Below are positions 1 through 14,389 of a stretch of DNA of 64,000 bases, piece after piece. Both the position numbers and the translations under genes were made by a program. The stretch comes from Camelus dromedarius. Its lineage: Eukaryota. The notes under the pieces were generated by a model that had not been told where the DNA came from, did no database searches, and saw only the letters and a program-made list of their open reading frames with translations. The stretch covers positions 48,238,001-48,302,000 of the forward strand of contig NC_087447.1 of the NCBI RefSeq assembly GCF_036321535.1, in the 5' to 3' direction. Position 1 is the first letter of the stretch. Each line of letters opens with the position of its first letter.

Positions 1-920
1 TCACAGGATAAAAGAAAGTTGAGAAAATCTTATGAGAATTAAAACAGAAACAAGGAAATGAAAAAGGGGCAAAACAAGATAAAATTAGAGGATCAATCCA
101 GGAAGTCTAATATGAATTTCAGAGAGAAATGAAAATGAGTATCATACTAGTTAAGTCAAGAAATTTTCCTGAAACTAAACAACATAACTTTCCCGTTTGA
201 AAGGATTTATACCTATTACTCAGCATATAAAATGAAAATAAACACATCATTATGAAAGATCAAAGACCAGGAGTCATAATGGCAACATTAAACTCTACAA
301 GGTAATATACTAATGCCTTCAAATTTCTGAAGGAAGAATATATTCAACCTAGAATTCTAAACCCTACCAAACTTCCAGTGTAAGCATTGTACAAATACAT
401 TTTCAGACATACAAGGTATCAAAAAACTTTCTACCACATTCTCTTTACTAGGAAACTACCTACTGGTGGATATGTCAAACATAATGACGGAGTAAATAAC
501 AAAGAAGAAAAAATGTAATCTGAGAAACAAAGGATCCATCCAACACAGGAGAGAAGGAAATCCTCAAAATAAGGGCAAAGAAGATCCCAGGTTGACAGCT
601 ATACACCAATCATGGTAGGTAACTAGTATAAATTAGAATAGGTCACACGGTTCTGGGGGAGACGTCCCAGACCTGATGCATTCAAATATACTGAGAGGTG
701 ATCTACACTGTTGGTACAGAGTTTGGGGATAAATTAACAATAAGCATATAAATTAAACAAAAGGAAAAAGTAAGTCAAATAGTGACACAAAGGAAAACAA
801 AAAAATATGCAACAGAGTACAAGTAATCAGTATTTGACCCAGCTCAGCTGTGAATACCATTTATCAAATAACAGTAACATAAAGATTAAATATTGATCTA
901 AGCAAAATGTATGATATATA
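1..920 (+). mobile_element. HAL1 / L1 ORF1-like remnant
   Basis: A-rich decayed ORF1-type sequence (aatgccttcaaatttctgaaggaa...caacctagaattcta), similar to 13500-14230. Confidence 0.6.
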
Positions 921-954
921 CATTTTGATATATAAATATATATATTTAGAGGAG

Positions 955-956
<2 letters not shown>

Positions 957-1005
<49 letters not shown>
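957..1005. repeat. (AC)n microsatellite
   Basis: Directly visible. Confidence 0.99.
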
Positions 1006-1010
<5 letters not shown>

Positions 1011-1334
1011 TTAGAGGATGGGGGAAAACAACACTGCCAGGCTAGTACTGCAACATCAGAAATGAAAATAATTTAGAAAGGTTAAATAAACTGTCCAAGA
1101 TCACACTATAAACACTGAGGTCAAGATTAGAACTAAAATCTGATCGTCTCTAGAACTGTGTTTATCACCTATATATTGCCTCCCCAAGAAAAAAAACGCT
1201 TAACTCTACAGTATAGGAACAGATTTGAGAATTTCCAAATAAGGAAGTTTGATATTTAAAATTACAAAATATGTTCTCCTGGAGATTTCCAAGAATAGAA
1301 TGAAGTAACTTAAGAGTGGTCCAGTTTAACTGTC

Positions 1335-1605
1335 AAAGACAAGAACAGCCTAAGGAGACCTAACAACTAAATCAAATGTAGTATCCTCAAACAGAAAAAA
1401 TAAATTAGAAAAAAACTAAAGAAATCTAAATAAAATATACATTTTGGTCAATAATGTATGAATACTGGAACACTGTGAAAAATGTACATGCGAGATGTTA
1501 CAGAAGAAACAGTATAGAGTACATAGGAATTCTGTATTATCTTTGCAACTTTTCTGTAAATCTGAAACTATTCTAAATAAAAAAAATTATTTAAAAACAA
1601 AAAAT
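1335..1605 (+). mobile_element. L1MD/MC-type 3' end
   Basis: cctaaggagac...ttttctgtaaatct; similar to the copies at 4360 and 8340. Confidence 0.75.
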
Positions 1606-2554
1606 AGAATGGGAAAGTGCTCTAAGTACTAATGTGAAAATATCTCTAGGATATATTGTTAAATGAAGAAAAGCAAGGTGCAGAATAAAGTCTGATATGT
1701 GTAAGAGAGAGTAAAGAATTATGTTCATATCTGCTTGTGTCCGCATAAAGAAATCCCAGATTGTACAAAAGAAAATAATATATATATAATAACTAATGGA
1801 GGAGGGGATAGGGAATGAGGTCACAGGAACATGGGTGGTAAGTTGTCTAAGAGTATGTCTCTTAATATAATTTTGATTTGTGAAATGTGATTGTATTAAC
1901 TGTTAAAAATAAAAGTTAGGAGAAAAAGTAGTTCAGTTAAAAGCCCTAAGAGAAATATATTAAATGACTTCTCAAAGTCTTCTCCAACTATGAAATGCTC
2001 TAATTTAAGAATTTTAACTAATAGATATTTAAACTATTAGTCACATTTATACTGTGCCTTCCCTGAAACTCCATGCTCCGCTGTCAGTTCTCTGTACCTT
2101 TTAACTCTACTTTTCAAAGCAGCTGCATTCATCACATTATATTGTATTAGGTACTATATATTTCTTTCCTGATGAAATACATATTTCTTAACAGGAGGCT
2201 CTACCAAACCATTTGACAGAGTAGTGGGTTTTGGTAAACATCTGTTAATATATTTACTGAGAACTCCCCATGTGCCAGGCACTCTTCTAAATGCTTTACA
2301 TTTATTAATTTAATCTTCACAATAAGTCTATATGATAGATCCTATTATCTTTATCTTACAGATAAGGAAGTTAAAGCATAAAGATGTCAATAATTTGCCC
2401 AAGGTCAGTGATCAGTGCTAAAATATGAAACCAAGATTTTGTCCTCTTAATCGCTAGCCCTACTGATTAGGTTTCAAAACAAAATAATGAAATCATTCCC
2501 TTTGTCCAAAATGCAGTATAAAGTTAGAAGATACACACAGCTTGATATAGAACC

Positions 2555-3036
2555 CAGCAGTTCTCAAAATATGGTCCACTGACCCTCTGCTAGGCTACCA
2601 CCTTTCTGAGGGTCAAAAACATTTTCATAATATCAAGATGTTATTTGGCTTTTTGCACTTTCATTCTCTCATGTGTGTACAGTGGAGTTTCCCAGAGCCT
2701 ATGTGATGTGTGATATTAAAACAAATTGAATGCAGAAGCAGCTATGAGAACCAGATGTCTTCTAATACATCGGACATTTCAGAGATTTGCAAATACATAA
2801 ACGATACTACTCACTAGAGTTTTGTTTGGAAAATAATTCTCTTTCATTGAAATGATTACATTAATATGTAATGGATTTACCGCTATTATTTTTAAATGAA
2901 TTAAATATTTAAATTTTTCTCAGTTAATTTTTGATACAGTAAATAATAATATAAACCACACAAACAGCTCTTCAGAGGTCTCAATAATTTGTAAAGCCAC
3001 AACAGGATCCTGAGAAGAAAAAGTTTAAGATCACTG
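2555..3036. mobile_element. hAT-Charlie (Charlie4a-like) DNA transposon
   Basis: Terminal inverted repeats cagcagttctcaaa / tttaagatcactg; interior resembles the recalled Charlie4a. Confidence 0.75.
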
Positions 3037-4359
3037 ATCTAGCCAATCTAACTGTTCAGTATTCCTGGTTTCTGACATTAGGACACTTTTCCACTAGATA
3101 GCATGTTATAATTCAAAATAACTGATTTTAAAATGTAACATAAAGTGAAAAAAAATAGCAATATTAGACCAGGTATGTGCTTCTCTTTGAGATTACATTT
3201 CCTAATTTGTAACTCATAACATAGGTTTGTAGTACTATCTTCTACTGTAAACCATGAATGACATTCCTAAAAGTGCCTCTGCATTTCAAGACAATAGCCA
3301 GAGGTAGTAACAGAAGAGACTCCTCAAAGAAACTTCAGATTCAAGCTGTGTATTTCAACATTCCTTTATTAAGCCATGTATACGATTGAAATATAAAGAA
3401 ATCATAAGTGTTTACAGGAAGAGCACCAAGACTGACATCATTAATTCAATATGAGAATTCATATACTGGAACAATTCTTCTTCATTATAGACCACAGAAC
3501 CTTAAATTTTGAAAAGCTAAATAAAACAGTCTACATAACTTCAAATCTGTTCCATGAACACATCTTCAATAATCATGTGACATACTTTAGGTGCTATACT
3601 AATAGCAAATAATTTAACAATAACTTTAACAGAACAAAACTAATTTTGTTCAACTCAAAAAAAAAAAAGTAGGATTCTGGTCAGTCATAGTCTACTTTTT
3701 AGTGACATGGTAAAGCTATAAATTATTGTGTTTCCTGCCCCCTGAGCATCTGGAGTATCCCTGTATACAATCAAAAAAAATGTAAGTATAAAATGTTATT
3801 GTTATACTAGTAATTGCATAAGGAAAAAATGTTGACTTTTCTATAACGAAGATGACTAATAGCTTTAGTTACTATTAGATTCAACCATCATTCATTCATC
3901 AACTTTTCTGACTAGCAACTAAAAGCCTGGCACTACTGTAGGCACTGGGGAAAAAATGAACAAAAAAACCCCAGTATTTAATCTTCAAGGGACTTGCATT
4001 CTGCTGTGGGAAACAGACAAAAACAAACACAAATATTAAGATATAAATGTGGTAAATGCTATTAAGGAGACAGACAACACTTTGCCACAGATTAGTCTTT
4101 GAAAGCTGAATTGTGGGATTCTAAAACCTAAAACTAAAAAATTCATGAAGAGTTACATCAAGATGACATGGATTCTACAGACCTTTCCTAATGCATAAGA
4201 AAACTACAGACATTGCCCATGAAAACAGAGATCAATCTTTCATTGTCAAAGCTACTGGATGGCATCACTTAGCAATATAGTAACTTCAAAAGATAATTAA
4301 CCTCATAATTCCAGAGTTAAAAAGCATGTAAACACAATACTAAAAGAAAAAAAAAATCT

Positions 4360-4632
4360 AACAGGCACCTAAGGAGACATGACAACCAAATGTAATGTGG
4401 TATATGAACTGAACGGTGAAACAAAAGATAAAAACTAAGGAAATCTGAATAAACTATTTAGTTAACAATGTATCAATATCAGTTTATCAACTGTAACAAA
4501 TGTATGTGCTAATGTAAGATGGTAATAATAGGGGAAACTGGGTGGGGCTATATGGGAACACTGCATGATCTTATTTTTTCTGTAAATCTAAGACTGTTCT
4601 AAAAAATCAAACCTTAAAAACAAAAAAAAAAC
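4360..4632 (+). mobile_element. L1MD/MC-type 3' end
   Basis: cctaaggagacatgacaac...ctgtaaatctaagactgttct plus A tail. Confidence 0.78.
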
Positions 4633-6510
4633 AAACCCACTAAAATGGCTTCAGGAATTACGGTCGGAGTGGAGAAGTTAGTAAAGACTTACAGGAATTA
4701 ATGAGAAGTCATAAAACTCTGCAATGTGAATTAGAACATAAATACTCAAGAAATTCAAAGGAAACCTGCAGATATTTATCATCTTTATTCATACTAAAAT
4801 CTTCCTAGGACAGAGATTAACGGCTTTTTCATGCAAACTAAACAGCTCTGCATCACAACATAAGGCAGGCAGTAACATCCCTAGAGTGCACAATAAGCAC
4901 TTTAGATCCAACTTATCAATGATGACCTATAGGCTACATTTTATATATGGTAGTCTCCTGAAATTGTCATAAAATACCTGGACAAGAATCAACCTCATAG
5001 GTCTTACTAAATCACTTTGTTAAAGAAACAAGTTTATACTTACTTCTGGAAAAACAGGCAAAGAGGAGACTTGCTAAAAGGGCAGGGAGGAAAATTATGT
5101 ATCAAAGGAGAAAAGTGATTCCTCAGGTCTAACTGGAAGCAATTTTGCAACTATTATTAACCTACTTTTAATGCCATACAAGTTAGTATAAATAGTTCAA
5201 GGTAGAAACGAAGGCTCTGGATTTTTATCGGTTATCTTCTTTCCAATCAAAAGAAATAAATGTCTTATAAGCTAACCTAGCAGATAACTCGATGTCTGAT
5301 ATCTTTGGAGGAACTAATACCTCAATGTCTCAATTTTAAAGACAGTCAGGAAAAGCGTGAGGAAAAACAACAGAGGATGATAATCTCTAAATTGTATAGT
5401 GTGAAGTTTGCTTAAAACAGCCTAAAATTGTAATTACCACAAGAAGTATTTAGAGACAGCCTTCATAAAATTAGAATCTTATACCGAACATAAAATACAG
5501 CGACAGCAGAAGCCTGACCAGGTAAATGAGATAAAAATTTCACTCATCAGATACTACGGAATATTAACCATAAAAGAATCACTTAGCCAAAATGGTATAA
5601 CACATTTAAATCTAATTTAGATAACTAGATGATGAATCTATGCCTTCTCTATTCTATTACTTCCTAACTCCAAAGGAAATCCTACAAAACAAATATGTTC
5701 ATTATTCTAAAGCCTTCTCTCACAGAAATCCTAAATACATAATTTAAAGAATACTCAAGAAGTGGAATAATTAACATTTCCCCAGTAATTCCTGTTTGCA
5801 CCACCGTGAGGAGAATCAGACACTGCTTCGTGTTAAAAGGAGAAAAAGGAGATGTGAGATGTGAAAAATTCCAAGTAAATCGATCATGACATAGCATCTG
5901 GCTGAGATCGGAAAACCATCAACACTGCTAAAAGAATTGTCAGGGATGAAAGTCAAGACAAGAAAATGAGGTTTTCCAACAAGCCACAGCCTAAACCCAA
6001 GGGGCAAAAATCGCCACTCCCTCAACCCACATCCACTCCATCCTCAAGTCGCCTGTGAAAATATATCCTCTGTAACCCAGACCAATTCCCTACCCAGGTG
6101 AAAACAAGCCAAGAATGTTCTAGGACCCTCCACTTCCCACCTTCCATAAGATCCGCACTTGTCCGGGCCAAGCCTCTGGGGAAAACAACGCCCAGATCCC
6201 ACCCTCCTCCCGCAGGGTTGAATAGGGCCGGTCTCCCCGAGTAGGGCTTCCCGGGTGGGCCTCACGGAGCTGACGAACTGGAAGAAGAGCAAGGAACAAG
6301 GGTGGGGCTCAAAGAAGGGCGCTGGGGTTGGGGAGACGACGGAGACCGGGGAAGAAAGGGATGGACAGGAGGCTGGGGCTTTGCTGGGCGGGGTGAGGAC
6401 TGTTGAGGGCAGGTCGACGGGAGAGGGCCGGGCTGTGGGGAAAAGAGCCGACGAAGTCGGGGACGGAAGGGTCAAAATCAGACAGACGGACCGTGAGGGA
6501 CCGGTGGCTA

Positions 6511-7245
<735 letters not shown>

Positions 7246-8339
7246 CAGCCAGTACCTTCCTAGTTTAGCCTGCTCTGCCGGCTCCGCCCGCAGCGGAAAC
7301 CACTGCAGGTTAGGTTTCCTCTCGCGTCTGGAGAAACAAGGAAGAGGTGGGGCGCAGCCTGGGGCAACTGAGAGGTGGAATAAGGAGCACTTATGTCACT
7401 TACACTGTGAGCCAATCGGAAGAGGTCAAGGGCGGGCAGGGAAAGGAGTGATGCGGTGGCGCGAGAGCGCGCGCATGGCCTTCGGGCAGTGGAAAGCGAC
7501 TCAATGTGGCGGCCATACGGAGTGTGGCGTATAGCAGCCTAAGGGGAGGCGGGGAAGTGGGGCGGAGGCGGGGACTGAGTGGAGGTGGAATTGACCCCAA
7601 CAAATGCGGGGAAGTTGGAAAGCCCTAATGTGTACAGGAGGTTCCTATTTCCTGAGCCCTCAGCCCTGCTTCACGTTCCTCACATCCACCCCTAACCTAT
7701 GTACCCACCTTCTCCATCTTGTTATAATCCCTCACACGATATCCTACTAGGTACATTCTCCGCTGTTGCTCCCAGGAGTTTCATAACTACCTGAAGCAGA
7801 GCCTCCACATTTTTGCAGATGAGGAAACTGAAGCGCATAGGAAGGAAATGACTTACAAAATCCACAGGACCATAAAATGGAACTCAGGTTTTGTCTTTTT
7901 CCCCCATTGAACCTCCTCAACCTCATTGTTGATGAGTGCACCCTCTTACTTGCGCTGACCTGACTTGGTCTTCTGTTACCAAACTTTGTTCCTCAGATGC
8001 TGACAGCTCCACCTTCTACTATGATAGAAAAGGATTTAGGCATCTTGTAAACCAAACCTCTCATTTTACAGATGAGGTGAAATGGCTAACGTGGGAAAAC
8101 GGGTTTGCAGAAAGGTCACACCACAAATTAGAGATAGAGCCTGCCCTTGAGCCCCAGTGTGAGGAAGAGGACATTTTAAAGATCACCCATTCCTCCTAGA
8201 GCAAGGCTTCTGAATGTCCTGTGGGTGGACCGCCTTTAAATTAGACATCTGCAGCATGTGTATTTTTCTCTGGAGAGAATCCATAGCTTTCATCAGATTT
8301 TCAACCCAGTTCATGATCCAAAAAATCAAAGTTAATGTC

Positions 8340-8641
8340 ACACCAAGGAGCCCAAGAGGACATGACAACTAAGTGTAACGTGGGTATAAATAACATGGTA
8401 ACTACACTAAGTTTTAAGCTGAAGTGGATCCTGGAACAGAAAAAGAACATTAGGCAAAAACCAAGGAAATCTGAATAAATATGGACTTTAGTTAATTACA
8501 GTGTGTCAATATTGGTTCATTAATTGTAACAAATGTAGTATACTAATGTAAGACAATAATAGAAGAAATTGGGGGTGGGGAGAGGTTATATGGAGACTTT
8601 CTGTACTATCTGCTCAATTTTTTTGTAAATCTAAAACTTTT
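8340..8641 (+). mobile_element. L1MD/MC-type 3' end
   Basis: gacatgacaactaagtgtaa...tttgtaaatctaaaact. Confidence 0.78.
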
Positions 8642-8808
8642 TGAACAGCAAAGTCCTACTGTATAGCACAGGGAATTATATCCAATATCTTCTAATAGCC
8701 TGTAATGAAAAATAATATGAAAAGAAGTGTATATATAACTGAATCACTATGCTGTAGACCAGAAATTGACACATTGTAAGCTGACCATACTTCAATAAAA
8801 AAATAAAT
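8642..8808 (+). mobile_element. Cetartiodactyl-type L1 3' end
   Basis: ctactgtatagcacagggaa...atacttcaataaaaaa; the same family recurs in this window. Confidence 0.85.
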
Positions 8809-9365
8809 AAAACGTTCAAAAAGTCTTTAATAAAAGATAAGTAAATAAAAGTTAAGAATTATCGAATTAGAGAATTTGGCATCCACACCTTACCATACTT
8901 CAGCCATACCTCACCATACTGTGGGACAGCATTCAAAAAAGTTATCCTAGCCCTTGAAAAGGGCATTTAAAAAGCCAAGTCATTACATTTGTGTATAGTG
9001 TCTTACCATTCACAAAACACATTTATATACATTTTCTCATTATTTGGGGGTTATTATTTACTTAGCTATAGAAATAGTGGGATCAAACAAGTGTCTTCTC
9101 AAACCCAGGGATGAATTGCTGAATGAGCTAGTATGAATTAAGGGGAGGAAAAGAGGTTCTTATATTTTCATCTATTCTGCTCTATAAAGACAACAGCTTT
9201 ATCCCCAAGTCACATTCTCTATCAAAATTTACTCACTTCTTGTTCCTCTCAGCTAAGCAGCAGCAAGATTTTAGAACATGCATCTAAAATGAAATGGTAA
9301 AAACCTGAGTCGTGACATGGTCATTTGATTTTTTTTAGTATTTGATTTTTAAAATAACTTGTCAG

Positions 9366-9592
9366 AGAACAAACTTATGGTTACCAGGGGTAATGGGGAT
9401 AGGAAGAGATAAACTGGGAATTTGAAATTTGCATCTCTTGGGGAGTGATGGAAATGTTAGCTATCTTGATTGTGGTGGTGGTTCCATTGGTGTATACGTT
9501 TATCAAAATTCATCAAATTGTACATCTGAAATATGTGTAGTTTACTGTATAGAAGTCATACCACAATAAAGGTGTTTTTTAAAAAAAGAAGG
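9366..9592 (+). mobile_element. Composite L1 3' fragment with TSD
   Basis: The two halves resemble different L1 families. TSD taa(c/t)ttgtcag at 9355-9365 and 9593-9603. Confidence 0.65.
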
Positions 9593-10899
9593 TAATTTGT
9601 CAGGTCTGGCAAGGCTCTCCCCACCAGTAACCCAGAACCCTGGCACACACAGAGCAGCTAATATGAGGAGACTAAAAAGAAAAGCTCTGCAAACAAGTGA
9701 GTGGCTGTTTTTCCTTTTTGATGGTTACCAGGTTTACATTATGTTCCCTGAAATAGCCTTTAAAGTAACATCCGAAAATTGGCACTATAATTACTTCGTA
9801 ATTCCTCCAGAACTTTATGAATCAATCTTCCTTGCTGCTTTGCTCTCTATAATCACCTAGACAGGTGAGGGAAGCTATTCCTATCATTCTGAAGAGCAGG
9901 GTGATATAATCCACATCTTACTGCAGATGTTTTTTAGTGTTTTAACCGAACATTTTGCACTGACACATACAGGGCCTCATTCTCCTCTGAAGCTAAATTT
10001 GTATTTATAAAGTGCTCTGTGTAAGTCATATGTTTTATCTTGAGAGATCTTATAGTCTAAAATTTGCATGTTATGTTGCTATGAGGTTAATCAAATGGAG
10101 AAATTATTTGAGAAGGAGAGAGAACTTTTTCAAGGACACTTTCATCAACACTTTCACCTCCATGATTTCCTACGTACTATTTTCTTTACTTTGAACATTT
10201 GCACCTCCCTTCCTCTTCCCATTTCCTACTCATTCTTCAAGTATCTTTAAGAAGTTCTAAAAAGACTTTTCTTTCTGCTCCCATCCCCACCAACAGTGAA
10301 AGTACCCCTGCTTGTTCTCCCATTGTACCCTATTCTTCCCCATCACTTAACTGCTATTGTTAATTGTCAGTCTCCCCCACCTGATTGTGAGCTTCATGAG
10401 GTCAAAGCTCATGTCTTATAACCCCAACACTTGCAGAGTGCTTGCTACATGGTAAACATACAACACATATTTCCTGAATAAGTGAAACAAATGAGAGGGA
10501 TTATTTATCATTTTCTTTAAAAGTTGAATGGGATTTGGGCATGTGGAGATGGAAGGGCAAGATAATTTTGGAGAAAGAGAACATCGAGTTAAAATCATGT
10601 AATGTATTGATACTTCTTTCCTTAACATCACTTATGAAAAAGATGCCTAGATCAGGTCTCATAAGTAAAAACTGGGGGAAATGAGAGAGGACAGCTTTGG
10701 CAGCCCCAAAGGGATAGTACCTAGAGCAGTTCTCTTTGGTCAGTTTAAAAGAGATTGTTAATGTGAAGCCCATGAATATGACCAGGAATCTAACATACAG
10801 AAATTGTAATATAGTTACAACTTGCTTCTTCCCCTAAAGACAAAAAATGTTCTTGAGGGAGGAGATTTCGTCTTATTCCCTGTGGCAGACACTATTTGT

Positions 10900-11359
10900 T
10901 GCCTATCCGACAACACACACATACGCTTCCACAATATATACTGGAAATGACTTTTGATACTTTTTAGCTTCCTTTCTGCTAAGTTATAGGTGCCCAATGT
11001 GACCTGAGCCACTGGGAAACAAAGGAAACGTGCCAGAGACTTCTGAGATAAATTTTCTTCCTTGATGGGAAGATACAGATGAGGAAAAACTGCCATTTTT
11101 CTGGCATTGGGTGTGGTTATATAAGGACATGATATCTAGAGCAAAGATATCTTATGAACATTAATATATAATCCTGAAGAAAAAAGCCAATCCATTGATG
11201 ATAGCTAAGCAGAAGGCTAAAAGGCATCATTGAGCCACTGTACCTACCCTGGAACTGGCCTTCCTCTGGATTTCCTTTTAGCAAAATAAATGTCTTTATA
11301 TTTAATAATGTCTGCATAATATGTCTGTCATTGTTACTTACAGCTGAAAGCATCTGACA
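10900..11359 (+). mobile_element. MaLR (MLT1-like) solo LTR
   Basis: AATAAA and terminal tgttacttacagctgaaagcatctgaca. Confidence 0.65.
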
Positions 11360-12570
11360 TTCTTATCTTTAGATCCCTTAAAACACCTCACACAATTCCT
11401 TGAACATTAGGTACTCAATACTATGTGTGTGTATATTATAGTTATAGTTACCAAACTGGAACTGCCTTTTTCTGTTTACTACTCCCTAAAAAGGATTTAT
11501 TACTCTTGGAGAGGCAGGAAGTCAATAAAAGGAGAAAAACTGCCCAGGTAAAAGGACTGAAATCATATTGCTTGTATTTGAAACAAATAATAGCTCTGGC
11601 AGGAATTCAAATTCCCTCAAATGTGAAACCCTTCTAACCTATTCGGCAGATTATTAGAATCATTGCTACTAAAAATAATAATGGGTCAATATACAAAGCA
11701 TAAAAATGACAAATGCCCAGTAATTCAAGGTGACCAATTAAATAAACACAATTAACACAAGGTATGTTTAAACAAGTCTCATTTTAAAAGGACTATAAGA
11801 AAAAAAAGAAGGAGGAGGCCTCATGTCAAAACTTGTTTTCCAAATACCTTGACTACAAAGTTGTGCCATGGTAGAATTATAAAGGTTATTCAGTCAAGAC
11901 GGAGGAGAAGGCAGTAGAACTTCAATGGAGTGGTTCTTTTTGTGATTATGGCCAATTCATAAGCTAATTCAGAAGATATTTTTGCTACTGATTGATCTAC
12001 AGAATCTATTTTTGATAATTCCATTTTTCCTGTTCATGTGAATCATGGTCCTTGTTATGAACAATGTGATTTCTCAGAGCCTTAGATGTAAGGTGTTACT
12101 TCTAGGCTTTGAAATTGCAGTAGGAGAAGAGGTTACTTTTTTAACGCTAGCCCAGAATGTGTAATACCTGACGCATTGCTGGTGCACTCCTCTTCCCACA
12201 CTCTACTCCCTACAAATGATAAAGTCTCCTCTAAGATGTACAGGAGAATGAATCACTCCACCTGCTATTAAGAGATAATCCCTCTCAGAGTAGAAGAGAA
12301 CAACTGCTTTTACTGCTGTTTATGTAAAGAACAGAGCATCTCAGGACACAAAAAGGAGACCAATACTGTTTGCACTAAAATGCCAACAGACTGTATAGCC
12401 AAATTGTAACTTGCCTAAGGTGCCAAGAGAAACCATCTTTTTGTGAACATTTCTTCAGATTTTTGAATTTTATATAAAAATCAAGAGATATTAAATCATT
12501 ACAGTAGTTTGTAGCTGAAAATATCCAGTGAGATAATAAGCTGCAACATCATTTGGAAAAATTTAACAAA

Positions 12571-14372
12571 CTTCCAGTTTTAGGATGGTAGATTAAAGAC
12601 ATTTCTACCTCCTTCCTTTTCTGAAATTGTTCCAAAACAAGAATAAAAATAAAAACACAAACTCAGGTTTTGAGTTCTCTAACCCAGAGCCATAATATTT
12701 TAAGTTGTGAGACAAAGATAGAACAATTGTAACTGACTAAACACAGGACAGAAAGTGCTTACTGAAGGGGAAAGAAACAAGAAGCAAGTCAATTAGGCAG
12801 CTAAGCAGAACCCCAGAAAGGCTCAGAAATGTGAAGCACCAGGTACCACAGAAGGTAGTGAAAAGGAAAGGGGCCCAAAACAACAAAATTGTATCAAAGA
12901 CTATAGAAACAGTAGTTGTAAACCCATCCCTCTCTGTGGAGGAATTGAACACAAGAGATTCTAGGGTCATAAACCAGGCCCAATAGAAGACTAGGGTGAG
13001 GTGCTGTCAGAAGATACGGGGATTGAAAACCAATGGTCTCTCTCTAGGCACCTTCTGAACCACTGGCAGCATCTTATATGCCTGAAAAAGAGTTGGAAAT
13101 ATCCTTCTCTAGATAAGCTGAAACATCCCAGAGAAAGGTCCTATAAATTCTGAATCTAGAGGTGACTTCACTAAAAAAGCCAGTTCACCACCAAATCATC
13201 CTATAATAGACCCATCTAATCAGTAAATGCCACCCCCCCCCCTTAAGCTTCCTATTAGTTTGATGCTTCTCTTAATTCGGAACAAACTGTAAAGGTTTGC
13301 AATATATTTGATAAAAGCCTCCAATATGAAATAAAGAAAATAAAACAAACAAACAAACAAAAAACAGCAAAAAAAAAAAAAAAAGAAAAAGGAAGATCTG
13401 TGATAAAAGCTATTGCATTTGTGAGGGAAGAGAAAGATCCTATTTTTTAAAAAGCAAGTCTGAAATAAAAACAGGCTTCCTTGGAAATTAAAATTATGAT
13501 AGCCAAAGTTTAAAAATTAAATAATTGGAAGATAATATTACAGAAATGTTCCAGAAAGCAAGCATAGAAAAAAACTAAGAGATAGACACTAGATAACTTG
13601 ATGAGCATCTAGGATTAATCCAGGAGACTCAGCATACAAATAATAGAAATTTTATAGAGAGAAAACAAAGAAAACTTCAGTGCAGAGATAATTATAAAAT
13701 AAATTATATAAAATAATTTCACACACTGGGAGACGTGAGTTTCCAGATTGAAAGGGTATGTCAGATGCCAAGGAAAAATAAAAGAAGTTCATTCCAGGTT
13801 ACATCATCATGAAATTCCTTATCAAAGACAAAAGAAAAACTTTAAAGTTCCCAGAAATTAAACATGGGACATATTGAAATGATTAAAAACCAAAGTGGCA
13901 CCAATGTTATGAAAAATAACATTGGAAGTTGGGAAGAAAAAAACTTCTAAGTGAAAAGATTTTCCACCTAGAATTCTGTTTTCAGGCAAACTGTCATTAA
14001 CTGAGGAGTAGAGTGAAATATTTCCAGATATGCAAGGTCTCAAAAATTCACCCTTTTCCAAAAAGCTATTGAAGGAGCCAAACAAGAAGTTAAACCAAAG
14101 GAAAGGAAGTTATAGATCTAGAAATAGAAATCTTATACAGGAAAGAAGTAAAAGGTATTCCTAGGAAAGGCAAAAAATTCACAGGGCAACAGTTGTACAG
14201 CAGGCCTAGAAAGTAACCAATCCAGATGGAGCAGAAGGATGAAGTTAAATTTGACCATATAGAAAATGGAGTTGAAGGAAAACTTACCAGCAAGTGTAGT
14301 AAAAACTAGACAAATTAAAAACTTTTAGAACTATTAGAGTTTTAAAAATTATGCATGTATATCACTTTTATC
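12571..14372 (+). mobile_element. HAL1-like element, long and internally deleted
   Basis: 5' cttccagttttaggatggtagatt, decayed ORF1-like core, and 3' end ...atgcatgtatatcactttt resembling HAL1. Confidence 0.6.
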
Positions 14373-14389
14373 AAATGTAATTGTATTTT

